Positions 22,336 through 30,735 of a DNA stretch of 64,000 nucleotides are shown piece by piece. Each line of letters starts with the position of its first letter. Position 1 is the stretch's first letter. Source of the DNA: an uncultured Gemmatimonadota bacterium (GTDB lineage: Bacteria > Gemmatimonadota > Gemmatimonadetes > Gemmatimonadales > Gemmatimonadaceae); contig CAMTWA010000020.1 of assembly GCA_947085385.1 (NCBI GenBank), forward strand, positions 29,853-93,852. The letters are read 5' to 3'. The notes beneath the pieces were generated by a model. The model saw nothing but the letters and a program-made list of their open reading frames with translations. It made no database searches and was not told where the DNA came from. Both the position numbers and the translations under genes were made by a program.

Positions 22336-23060
22336 TCGAAGAAAGCTAGTCAGCCAGGGATGATTTGCAAACGAAAGTGTGTGAGAAACACTAAAACGCG
22401 CGTGCTGGTGCCAACCGACCTACGTGCTGAAACCAGCGCATCACATATCTAGCAACAAACAAAAGAGTTGGTAATCGTCTTAAGATGTTTATTGACAATA
22501 TTTTACACGGCACGTTTCTAGGCAGATTTCAACGGTATCCCTCTAGGCACGCCGAAACCGTGCAAAGTGCATCCGGCTTCCATATGTTGGTACCCATGCG
22601 GAAACACGCGCTTGCCTTGCTCACCGTTCCGCTCACTGTGGCGATCGCCTGTGCTGATGCCGCCGACGCTCCCACCGGGTGCGCCATTTAGCAGACGCCG
22701 AGCGCGAGCGCAGTTTGCGCGATGTTCACGCCGATGTACCGCGCGATGACGGACGCCTCCAGCCTGCCGCCGCGAGGGTCAACATCAGCGCGCTCGTGAA
22801 CTGCACCGACTTTCCGCAGCACCTTGGGCTTGCGCTTCCCACCGATGCGACGGCAGCCGTGCGCTACGACTTCTCGCGCCTCTACGCATGGGACAAGTTG
22901 CTCGCCAGTTCTCTCGGCAAGGCCGGCGGCGTGCGTACCCGAAGATGCGATTGAAGTCACGCTGATGACCCGCTGACTACGCCCCGTCCTAACATTTCGA
23001 GCATGTCGGTGTCCTACTTAGCAACGGGGCATTCAAGTCCCGACGTTCATGGAGACGCAC

Positions 23061-23573
23061 ATGCGCACCATCACGTTCCTTGGTTTCGCCGTGGCGCTCA
23101 CGGCAGCGGCAGTACCAGTGCGCGCGCAGGGAAGCCTGCAAGCCGGGGCCTTCCCGGGCATTGACCGGATGGCACGGATCGAGGCCAACCGGATCGCACA
23201 CGCGCAGCAACTGCGCCACCTTGGTGGCCAGCGGTTCGGCCGCATGCACGTCAAGGGCCGCTTGGACCAAGCGCCGGGCGTTCGCGGAGGCCGCATGGGA
23301 GCGCGCGGCTTTGTCGGCGGTAAGCACATGGGCATGCGTGCTCAGGCCGCCGCTCCCCGTGTCGCCGCCCATGCCGGCGCGAGGGCAGGCTTCCGAGCGG
23401 GTGTGCGGGCCGAGCGCCTCGCCAACACCACGCCGGAGCAGAAGGCCTTCGTCGAGCAATTCCGCACGCAGCGACAGAGCATTCGCGCTCAGGTGGTCGA
23501 AGGCAAGCTGACGCGCGAGCAGGCCCGCGCCCAGATGAAGCAGTGGGTCACGGAACATCGACCCAAGAAATAG
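23061..23573 (+). CDS. Secreted periplasmic protein, possibly Spy/CpxP-like
   Basis: Signal peptide MRTITFLGFAVALTAAAVPVRAQ. Basic, helix-prone, with LTxxQ-like motifs (TPEQKAF, LTREQAR). High GC3. Confidence 0.5.
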   Translation: MRTITFLGFAVALTAAAVPVRAQGSLQAGAFPGIDRMARIEANRIAHAQQLRHLGGQRFGRMHVKGRLDQAPGVRGGRMGARGFVGGKHMGMRAQAAAPRVAAHAGARAGFRAGVRAERLANTTPEQKAFVEQFRTQRQSIRAQVVEGKLTREQARAQMKQWVTEHRPKK

Positions 23574-23611
23574 GTACTACACGCAGCCTCCAGGGGTGGG
23601 GGTACGTGAGG

Positions 23612-23641
23612 ACGCCGCAGCGGCTCGATGCGCTGCGGCGT
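23612..23641. terminator. 11-bp hairpin between convergent genes
   Basis: acgccgcagcg-8 nt loop-cgctgcggcgt followed by tcttgcgttc. Confidence 0.5.
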
Positions 23642-23682
23642 TCTTGCGTTCTATCCCCGCGTCGACCTCAGGACTGCCTGGC

Positions 23683-24759
23683 TCACGGTGGCATGCTACC
23701 GTGTGCCGCCCGCCAATGACGCCACGCCAACGCAGTCAGGGTGATGGCGGTGAGCGGTAGCACGAAATAGGTCATGACCATCGAAAGACCAGCGAGTCCG
23801 TCATGCCCCGCTGACGCGAGCACGAGGAAGGCAGTGTAGGCGATGTAGTACACCAGAAACAGCGCCCCATTCCAGCGTGTGATCAGGTGCCCGGTGAAGA
23901 AGATCGGCAAGCAAGCCACGGCCACCGCGACCATCACGGGAATGTCGAACGCCAGCAGGGATGCCGCCACGCGCAGATCGGACGGAGCAACAGCGGCGGA
24001 AACACCCAACACCGCCAGGATGTTGAAGATGTTGCTCCCCACCACGTTGCCCACGGCGATGTCGCGCTGGCCGCGCGCGGCGGCAAGGATCGAGGTTGCG
24101 ACTTCGGGAAGCGACGTGCCGAACGCGACAATCGTCAACCCCACCACCATCTCGCTGACGCCGAGCAGGCGCGCCAAGGTTACCGCGGCCTCCACCAGCC
24201 AGTTGGCGCCCAGCACCAGCAGCGCCAACCCGCCCAGTATCAACAGCACCTGCACCCCCCAGTGACTCTCCCAGGATCGCTGATCCACGGACGGAGCCTT
24301 GGCTTCGCGAGTCGCGGCAGTATCACGACGGCTCTGGCGGAGGTGCAACGTGATGTACGCCGCCAGCAGACCGATGAAGATCAGCCCTTCCCAACGGTTG
24401 ATGCCACCGTTGGCAGCGAACGCCCACAGTAGGAGTGAGACGCCGATCATGACGGGCACTTCCTGCCGGACCAGCTGCCGATTGACCACCAGCGGCACGA
24501 TCAGCGCGGAAAGCCCTAGGATAAACAGCACGTTGATGATGTTGCTGCCAACCACGTTGCCAAGGGCGATGTCCACCCGCCCCGACCAGGCGGCTTGCAC
24601 CGAGACGGCCAACTCGGGTGAGCTGGTTCCGAAGGCCACCACGGTCAGCCCCACCACCAGCGGCGAAATGCCAAGCGCCAGGGCGAGCCGAGATGCGCCG
24701 CGCACCAGCAACTCGGCGCCCAGAACGAGGGCTATCAGCCCAGGGATGAACCAGATCAT
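23683..24759 (-). CDS. Calcium/cation antiporter (CaCA family, YrbG-like)
   Basis: Two alpha-repeat motifs, [10 protein letters not shown]...[12 protein letters not shown] and [10 protein letters not shown]...[12 protein letters not shown]. Confidence 0.85.
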   Translation of the reverse strand: MIWFIPGLIALVLGAELLVRGASRLALALGISPLVVGLTVVAFGTSSPELAVSVQAAWSGRVDIALGNVVGSNIINVLFILGLSALIVPLVVNRQLVRQEVPVMIGVSLLLWAFAANGGINRWEGLIFIGLLAAYITLHLRQSRRDTAATREAKAPSVDQRSWESHWGVQVLLILGGLALLVLGANWLVEAAVTLARLLGVSEMVVGLTIVAFGTSLPEVATSILAAARGQRDIAVGNVVGSNIFNILAVLGVSAAVAPSDLRVAASLLAFDIPVMVAVAVACLPIFFTGHLITRWNGALFLVYYIAYTAFLVLASAGHDGLAGLSMVMTYFVLPLTAITLTALAWRHWRAAHGSMPP

Positions 24760-24775
24760 CGGGTATTCCGCAGTC

Positions 24776-24793
24776 GAACGCGCATGCGCGTTC
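24776..24793. promoter_or_regulatory. Perfect 18-bp palindrome in a divergent promoter region
   Basis: gaacgcgcatgcgcgttc equals its own reverse complement. Lies between the antiporter start (24759) and the abgT start (24937). Confidence 0.5.
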
Positions 24794-24936
24794 GGTGTTC
24801 AGTCCGTTTGGCACGGTGCGTCATCGCCAAGAAGTATATACGCGCGTGGCGTCCGCGCGTTGCGCCGGCGCGTGGCGCCCGGCTTTCCGTGGCGCCATAC
24901 TCCGTCTCATCCATTCACAAACAGGCTTCCCGAAAC

Positions 24937-26505
24937 ATGACCACCGCCGCTCCGTCCGTCCGCCGCTCGGCAATGGACCGCTTTCTTACCGCTGTCGAGC
25001 GCGGCGGCAATGCGCTTCCGCATCCAGCCACGCTCTTCGCCCTGTTGGCGATGTCCGTGATCGTGATGTCGTGGATCGCCACGCAGATGCAACTGAGCGT
25101 TGTCCACCCTTCGACCGGCGCAATTGTGACTCCGGTCAATCTGCTCAGCCTCGACGGCCTGCACCGAATCCTGACCGGACTGGTGACCAACTTCACCGGG
25201 TTCGCGCCACTGGGCACGGTGCTCGTGGCGCTGATAGGCATCGGCGTGGCCGAGCACAGCGGCTTGATTGGCGCAGCGCTGCGCCTGCTGGTGCTGGGTT
25301 CGCCGCGCTTCCTGCTGACGCCGGTGCTGGTCTTCGCCGGCGTGATGTCCAACATGGCCAGCGAGATCGGCTATGTGCTGCTGGTGCCGTTGGCCGCCCT
25401 GATCTTCCAGTCGGCCGGACGCCATCCGATCCTTGGTATGGCCGCCGCCTTCGCCGGCGTCTCCGGTGGCTATTCGGCCAACCTGTTGATCGGCACCATT
25501 GATCCACTGCTCGCGGGCCTGTCGCAGGAGGCCGCTCGGATTGTGGATGCCAGCTATACGGTCAGCCCACTGGCCAACTGGTATTTCATGATTGCGTCAA
25601 CGCCGCTGCTCACCGCGCTCGGATGGTTCGTCACCGAGCGAATCATCGCGCCGCGATTCCCCGATCCGCCCAGCGCCGTGGGCAATCAGGATGATCCGCA
25701 GTCGCAGCGCCTGAGCCTGGCCGAACGACGCGGCATGTGGTACGCGCTCCTGGCTGTCCTCGCGCTCAGCCTGGTGCTGGTGTGGGCCACGTTGCCGCTC
25801 GGCAGCGTCCCCGGCGCCGGCTTCCTGCGCGGTGCTGGAGGCGATCTCCTGAAATCGCCGTTCCTCAGCGGCGTGGTCGCCATCATCTTCGGATATGGCG
25901 TGATTGCCGGCATCAGCTTCGGCGTTGGCGCAGGCACCATCAAGTCCGACGTTGATGTGATCAAGGGGATGAGCGCCAGCATGGGCACCCTGAGCGGCTA
26001 TCTGGTGCTGGTCTTCTTCGCCTCCCAATTCGTCGCCTTCTTCAACTGGACCCAGCTCGGGCTGGTCTTCGCGGTGGAGGGCGCCGAAGGGCTCAAGTCC
26101 CTGGGCCTGCCCACCATCCCGATGTTCATCTGCTTCATCCTGCTCACCGCATCGGTCAACCTTCTCATGGGTTCGGCCTCGGCCAAATGGGCACTGATGG
26201 CACCGGTCTTCGTGCCGATGTTCATGCTGCTTGGCTACTCGCCGGAGCTGACCCAGGCTGCGTATCGTGTCGGCGACAGCGTGACGAATATCATCTCGCC
26301 GATGATGAGCTACTTCGCCCTGATCATCGCCTTCTTCCAGCGCTACGAGCCCAAGGCGGGCATCGGCACGCTGGCGGCGACCATGCTCCCCTACTCGATC
26401 GTCTTCCTGATCGGCTGGAGCCTCCTGTTCGGCTTCTGGATCTGGGTTGGGTGGCCGATCGGTCCGGGTTCACCGCTGAGCTACGTTCCGGCGGCGTCTC
26501 CATGA
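24937..26505 (+). CDS. AbgT family transporter (aminobenzoyl-glutamate transporter-like)
   Basis: About 520 aa polytopic membrane protein with an AbgT-like N-terminus ([22 protein letters not shown]). ORF trimmed to MTTAAPS. Confidence 0.8.
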   Translation: MTTAAPSVRRSAMDRFLTAVERGGNALPHPATLFALLAMSVIVMSWIATQMQLSVVHPSTGAIVTPVNLLSLDGLHRILTGLVTNFTGFAPLGTVLVALIGIGVAEHSGLIGAALRLLVLGSPRFLLTPVLVFAGVMSNMASEIGYVLLVPLAALIFQSAGRHPILGMAAAFAGVSGGYSANLLIGTIDPLLAGLSQEAARIVDASYTVSPLANWYFMIASTPLLTALGWFVTERIIAPRFPDPPSAVGNQDDPQSQRLSLAERRGMWYALLAVLALSLVLVWATLPLGSVPGAGFLRGAGGDLLKSPFLSGVVAIIFGYGVIAGISFGVGAGTIKSDVDVIKGMSASMGTLSGYLVLVFFASQFVAFFNWTQLGLVFAVEGAEGLKSLGLPTIPMFICFILLTASVNLLMGSASAKWALMAPVFVPMFMLLGYSPELTQAAYRVGDSVTNIISPMMSYFALIIAFFQRYEPKAGIGTLAATMLPYSIVFLIGWSLLFGFWIWVGWPIGPGSPLSYVPAASP

Positions 26506-27851
26506 GGCTGGGGTCGGCGCGCACGCCGGCGAAGGCGAGGGTCGCGGTGCATCGGCCAGGGGCGTGGACCGCAGGATATCGGCCAGGTCGGGCGGTCTTC
26601 GCCCTCTCACTTCTTCTCGCGTGGCCGTGGTCGCCAGTGGCCGCCCACGACGCCCGCGCACAGTCGAACGCACCAGTGGTTGCCGGCGCCGATCGCCTGC
26701 TGGGAGAATACGCGCACCTCATCAAGGGCAAGCGCCTGGCGCTCGTGACGAACCACAGCGGCCGCCTGGCCGATGGCACGCATCTGGCGGACGCGCTCTT
26801 CCGTCTGCCGGGCGCGCCGCTTCGCGTGCTATTTGGAATGGATCATGACATCCGTTCCAACGACTATGCGGCGCCGCGTGACGGTGCGCGAGCCGTGGAC
26901 GCACCCACGGGCCTCGTGAAGTACAACCTGTACGGCGAACACCATCGTCCGACGCGAGAGATGTTTGCCGACGCGCAAGTGGTGGTCTTTGACATCCAGG
27001 ACGTCGGGGCGCGCTTCTACGAGCACATCAACATTCTTGGGTTCGTGATGGATGCGGCCGCCGAGTATGGGCTCGAGGTCGTGGTGCTCGACCGGCCCAA
27101 CCCCATCACCGGGCTCCACGCCGACGGCTTCGTGACGGACGCCACGCATCGCTTTCGGTTTGGCTCGTATGCCGCCGTGCCGGTGCAGCACGGCATGACC
27201 ATGGCGGAACTGGCGCAGTTCTACAACGGCGAGCGGCTGCTGCAGGGCGGGGCCCCGGTGACACTGCACGTCGTGCCGATGACCGGGTGGAAGCGGGCGA
27301 TGTGGCTGGACGAGACGGGATTGCCGTGGCGCAAGCCGTCGCCCAACCTGCTGACGCTCAGTTCGCTGCTGGCCTACATCGGCACCTGCCTCTTTGAGGC
27401 GGTCAACGTGTCGGAAGGGCGGGGGAGCCCAGCGCCGTTCGAGATGATCGGCGCGCCGTGGCTGGATCATGTGCAGGCGGTCGGCATGCTCAAAGCGCTG
27501 GGTCTCGTCGGCGTGCGGTTCGACACGGTCACGTTCACGCCGGTGCAGCAACCGTTCCATTCGCGGCCGCCGGAGCTGGCCGCCGAACGGCTCAGGGGAA
27601 TCGCGATCCATGTCACCGATCGCAACGCGTTCCGGCCGTACCGCGCTGGCGTGGCGCTACTCTGGGCGGTGCATCGCCTGCACCCCGGTCAGCTCGTCTG
27701 GAATGACGCAGTGCTCGAACGGCTGACCGCCACGCCGCGCCTGAAGGCGATGCTGCTGGCCGGGCGCACGCCGTCTGAGATCTTCGCCTCGTGGGCCGAT
27801 GAGGTGGCGGCGTTTGAGGTGAGGCGCCGGGAGTACCTGTTGTACGACTGA
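26502..27851 (+). CDS. DUF1343 / exo-beta-N-acetylmuramidase NamZ-like protein
   Basis: ATGA overlap with abgT. Signal-like N-terminus. Sequence [12 protein letters not shown]...[15 protein letters not shown] typical of DUF1343. Confidence 0.75.
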   Translation: MRLGSARTPAKARVAVHRPGAWTAGYRPGRAVFALSLLLAWPWSPVAAHDARAQSNAPVVAGADRLLGEYAHLIKGKRLALVTNHSGRLADGTHLADALFRLPGAPLRVLFGMDHDIRSNDYAAPRDGARAVDAPTGLVKYNLYGEHHRPTREMFADAQVVVFDIQDVGARFYEHINILGFVMDAAAEYGLEVVVLDRPNPITGLHADGFVTDATHRFRFGSYAAVPVQHGMTMAELAQFYNGERLLQGGAPVTLHVVPMTGWKRAMWLDETGLPWRKPSPNLLTLSSLLAYIGTCLFEAVNVSEGRGSPAPFEMIGAPWLDHVQAVGMLKALGLVGVRFDTVTFTPVQQPFHSRPPELAAERLRGIAIHVTDRNAFRPYRAGVALLWAVHRLHPGQLVWNDAVLERLTATPRLKAMLLAGRTPSEIFASWADEVAAFEVRRREYLLYD

Positions 27852-27861
27852 TTGAGGACGT

Positions 27862-27986
27862 GGAATCCGGAACGGGATTCGAGATTTCGATCGAGGACCA
27901 CGACCTGCGAAAAGGGGCCGGCAGATGCCAGCCCCTTTCGTAAGTCGCCATCAGCGATCGTCGTCCTGAATCCCGTTTCGGATTCC
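27862..27986. repeat. 19-bp inverted repeats (1 mismatch) flanking a central terminator hairpin between convergent genes
   Basis: ggaatccggaacgggattc (27862-27880) versus gaatcccgtttcggattcc (27968-27986). Confidence 0.7.
27909..27940. terminator. Bidirectional terminator-like hairpin with flanking A-run and T-run
   Basis: gaaaaggggccggca-ga-tgccagcccctttcg, with one mismatch in a 10-bp GC stem. Confidence 0.6.
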
Positions 27987-27993
27987 CAATCCT

Positions 27994-29010
27994 CTATCGT
28001 CTATGATAGTTGACGATCGGCAGGAACTTCACATTTGCATTCCGCGCGATGTTGACGATGCCGATCTGCATGCCATCGAGTTCGCGCGCGTAGTTGACGA
28101 TGCCGATGGCAAGTCCGGTCTGCTGGCCGCGCATTGCGTTCACGCCGGCCACCGAGACGCCGCGCATGCTTCCGCCCTTCCGCAGGCGCACCATCCCCGG
28201 CGCAATCATCAGCCCCTCGATGCGATTGGCGCCGATGAACGGAGCCATCGCGAACCTGCGAATCGTGGGCGCGCCAATGCCGAGCCCGGCGATGGCGATG
28301 CCATCAATGCGGCTGCCGGCGCCAATGCCGATGCCGCCAAGCGCGATGCCGCGCAGCGTACCGCCCACGCCGAGCCCGACGCCCCCGAACCCGACGCCCT
28401 GAAAGTCGCCGCCTGCGCCGGCACCGACACCGCCCACGAGGACGCCGTGCGCATTGCCACCCGCGCCAACGCCAATCAACCCGCCAGCCACGCCGCGCAG
28501 GTTGCCACCCACGCCGGCGCCGACGCCGCCGAGCAGGATGCCGCGGGCATTGCCGCCAACTCCGGCACCGATGCCGCCGAGGGCAACGCCCTCAAGGTCA
28601 CCGCCGGCGCCAACACCGACGCCGCCTGCCGCGATGCCCTTGAGTCGTCCGCCGGCGCCGACGCCGACGGGCGCGATGCCGATACCTGTGAGGCTCTGCG
28701 AAGCACCGGCCCCGAACAGGCCAGTGGCGACGCCCTTCACTGATCCCGCGCCCGTCAGGGGCAGGCCGATGGCGAAGCCATGCACCGTGCCACCCGGGTC
28801 ACCATCGTACGGCGTCCAGATGGTGATGTTCGCGCCGCGCACTTCGCCAAGGGTGCGGTCGCGGAAGTTGATGCGTAGGCCCGAAACGTTCGGATGGTCG
28901 CCAATGGAGAGGACGTGGCGAACGGGTTTTGAACTAGTCGGCTCCTGGCCGAGGGCGGTACTCGCAGCCGCCGCGGTGAACGCGAGGGCAACGACAGCAC
29001 GGAAGCGCAT
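27994..29010 (-). CDS. Secreted glycine-rich repeat protein (16-residue G-x-x-x-G-G-[IV]-G-x-G-x-G-G-x-x-x repeats)
   Basis: Signal peptide MRFRAVVALAFTAAAASTALGQ. About 8 consecutive 16-aa repeats. C-terminal GLAIGIVNYA...GMQIGIVNIA motif resembling surface repeat proteins of Leptospira/Bacteroidota. Confidence 0.65.
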   Translation of the reverse strand: MRFRAVVALAFTAAAASTALGQEPTSSKPVRHVLSIGDHPNVSGLRINFRDRTLGEVRGANITIWTPYDGDPGGTVHGFAIGLPLTGAGSVKGVATGLFGAGASQSLTGIGIAPVGVGAGGRLKGIAAGGVGVGAGGDLEGVALGGIGAGVGGNARGILLGGVGAGVGGNLRGVAGGLIGVGAGGNAHGVLVGGVGAGAGGDFQGVGFGGVGLGVGGTLRGIALGGIGIGAGSRIDGIAIAGLGIGAPTIRRFAMAPFIGANRIEGLMIAPGMVRLRKGGSMRGVSVAGVNAMRGQQTGLAIGIVNYARELDGMQIGIVNIARNANVKFLPIVNYHRR

Positions 29011-29211
29011 AAGACAACTCCTAGCCTGGGGTGGAGATGAGGTCTGGCACGGGCACTACCGCCGGCATGAGCACACAGTTTCGCGCAGCTGCGCGCACAA
29101 CCGCAGTCCCTCCACTTTGACACAGCGTGGAGTCAATAGGTTTGAACTGGACGCGGACGCAGGCGTCGCGCGTGGAGATGCAGGTCGTGCAGCAGTAGCG
29201 GTCGCCTTGGG

Positions 29212-30735
29212 CTACCGCGGCTCCCATCGAATCGAGAACGTCATGACACTCCGCTTGCCTGTCGGCAACAGCGGCAGCGTCGCGTTCCTCGGCGACGTGA
29301 CCGTGCCGTCCACGACCAGGTGGATGAAGTCGCCGTTGCCAAGCTTCCACCCGGCGTCCACCGCTCCGCGGGTCGTCGAGGAGGGCGTGCCTTCCATCGC
29401 GAACGCGTCATAAAGCCAACGCCGAAAGACGGGGCCGAGCGTGCTGGGGGCAGGAAGCACTGACGTGGGCGTCAGCATGCCGAACGCGCCGAGCACGGCG
29501 AGCGAATGGCCAGCGCGTGACTGCCAGTCGGCGCGGGCGCTGCCCAGCCAGCCATTGGCCTTTCGCGACCAGTGCGTACGCCTCAGGTAATCGTCGTGCG
29601 TGGCGTTTTCCATTCGGGTGTCGAGGCCGAACGTCCATCGCGTGCCCGCGATCCACGGCACCGGCGTCTCGGCGCGCAAGCCGAACGTCGCTTCGCTGCG
29701 TGTTGCGCGATGCACGACTGCCGACAGATCGTGACGGCGTGTTTCATCGTCAACACTCTTCGCCGAGAGGCGCGCCGACACGCGACGCATCGTGTCGCGC
29801 AGGGCGAGATGCGCGGTGACGGTGCCGCCCCATCCGGTTGACGACCACCGGTCGAGCGGTGCGTTGGCCAGGCGCTGCGTGTGCTGGTTGTCGTGCTGTT
29901 GCAGTTGCTGCACCACGAGTCCGGCGCCGCGTCGCACGCTTCCTGTGGTGGCAATGAGCGACGCGTTCAACGCGCCATTGGCCGAGCGGCGATAGATGAT
30001 GTTCTGGTCGTACGAAAGGGGGAGCGGATCCTCGAATCCCACGAAGTAGTACGCGATGCCGCCAAAGGGATTGGGCCTCAGGCGCACGGTCTCGTTGGCA
30101 TCGCGCCAGCGCGCCGACGCGGCCACGCGACTGCTGCCGCCGACCTGGCGGCCGGCGCCCGCCACGAACTCCAGCGCCGACGCCTGCTCCGTCCGCATGC
30201 GCGAGCTGTGCTCCGAAACCGCCTCCACGCCCGCATACCGCGCGGTGAGTCCGGCGTCCCACCGGCCGACGGTCCGCGCCATCGTCCCTTCGAGGCGCAG
30301 CGCCGTGCCGGTGAGCTGCGGCGCAAAGGTATCGAGCACGGCGAATGGCGCGGTGGTAAACGAGTTCAGCAGGGCGCCGGTGGACGGCGCGTTCGTGGTG
30401 CGCTCGAGTTCCACGCCACCCAGGAGCGCCGCACGCGTGCCGAGCTTCAGTCCGCCAAATGCACCGGCTCCCTGCATGCTACCCTGTGCCACATCCACCT
30501 TGCGACGCCATGTGCCGCTTTCGGTGCGTGACCAGACGCCGTATCGCAGCGGAGGGAGCAGCTCGAGCCGTGCGAGCGCGGCGGGGTCAACACCGGTCGC
30601 GCTCGGCGCGAGTTCCACGGTCGCGAGCGGCGGCGCCGTCCGAAACCCGGACGTCTGTGGAAGCTGGGCCTGCACGCCGAACGCGATGGCGATGCATGCC
30701 GTCGCACCGATGATTGTGCACGCGGTGTGCCTCAT
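29212..30735 (-). CDS. Putative outer-membrane beta-barrel protein, partner of the upstream TonB-dependent receptor
   Basis: ATGA overlap with the receptor gene. Signal peptide MRHTACTIIGATACIAIAFGVQAQ. Alternating-hydrophobicity sequence ending FSIRWEPR. No family recognised. Confidence 0.55.
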   Translation of the reverse strand: MRHTACTIIGATACIAIAFGVQAQLPQTSGFRTAPPLATVELAPSATGVDPAALARLELLPPLRYGVWSRTESGTWRRKVDVAQGSMQGAGAFGGLKLGTRAALLGGVELERTTNAPSTGALLNSFTTAPFAVLDTFAPQLTGTALRLEGTMARTVGRWDAGLTARYAGVEAVSEHSSRMRTEQASALEFVAGAGRQVGGSSRVAASARWRDANETVRLRPNPFGGIAYYFVGFEDPLPLSYDQNIIYRRSANGALNASLIATTGSVRRGAGLVVQQLQQHDNQHTQRLANAPLDRWSSTGWGGTVTAHLALRDTMRRVSARLSAKSVDDETRRHDLSAVVHRATRSEATFGLRAETPVPWIAGTRWTFGLDTRMENATHDDYLRRTHWSRKANGWLGSARADWQSRAGHSLAVLGAFGMLTPTSVLPAPSTLGPVFRRWLYDAFAMEGTPSSTTRGAVDAGWKLGNGDFIHLVVDGTVTSPRNATLPLLPTGKRSVMTFSIRWEPR

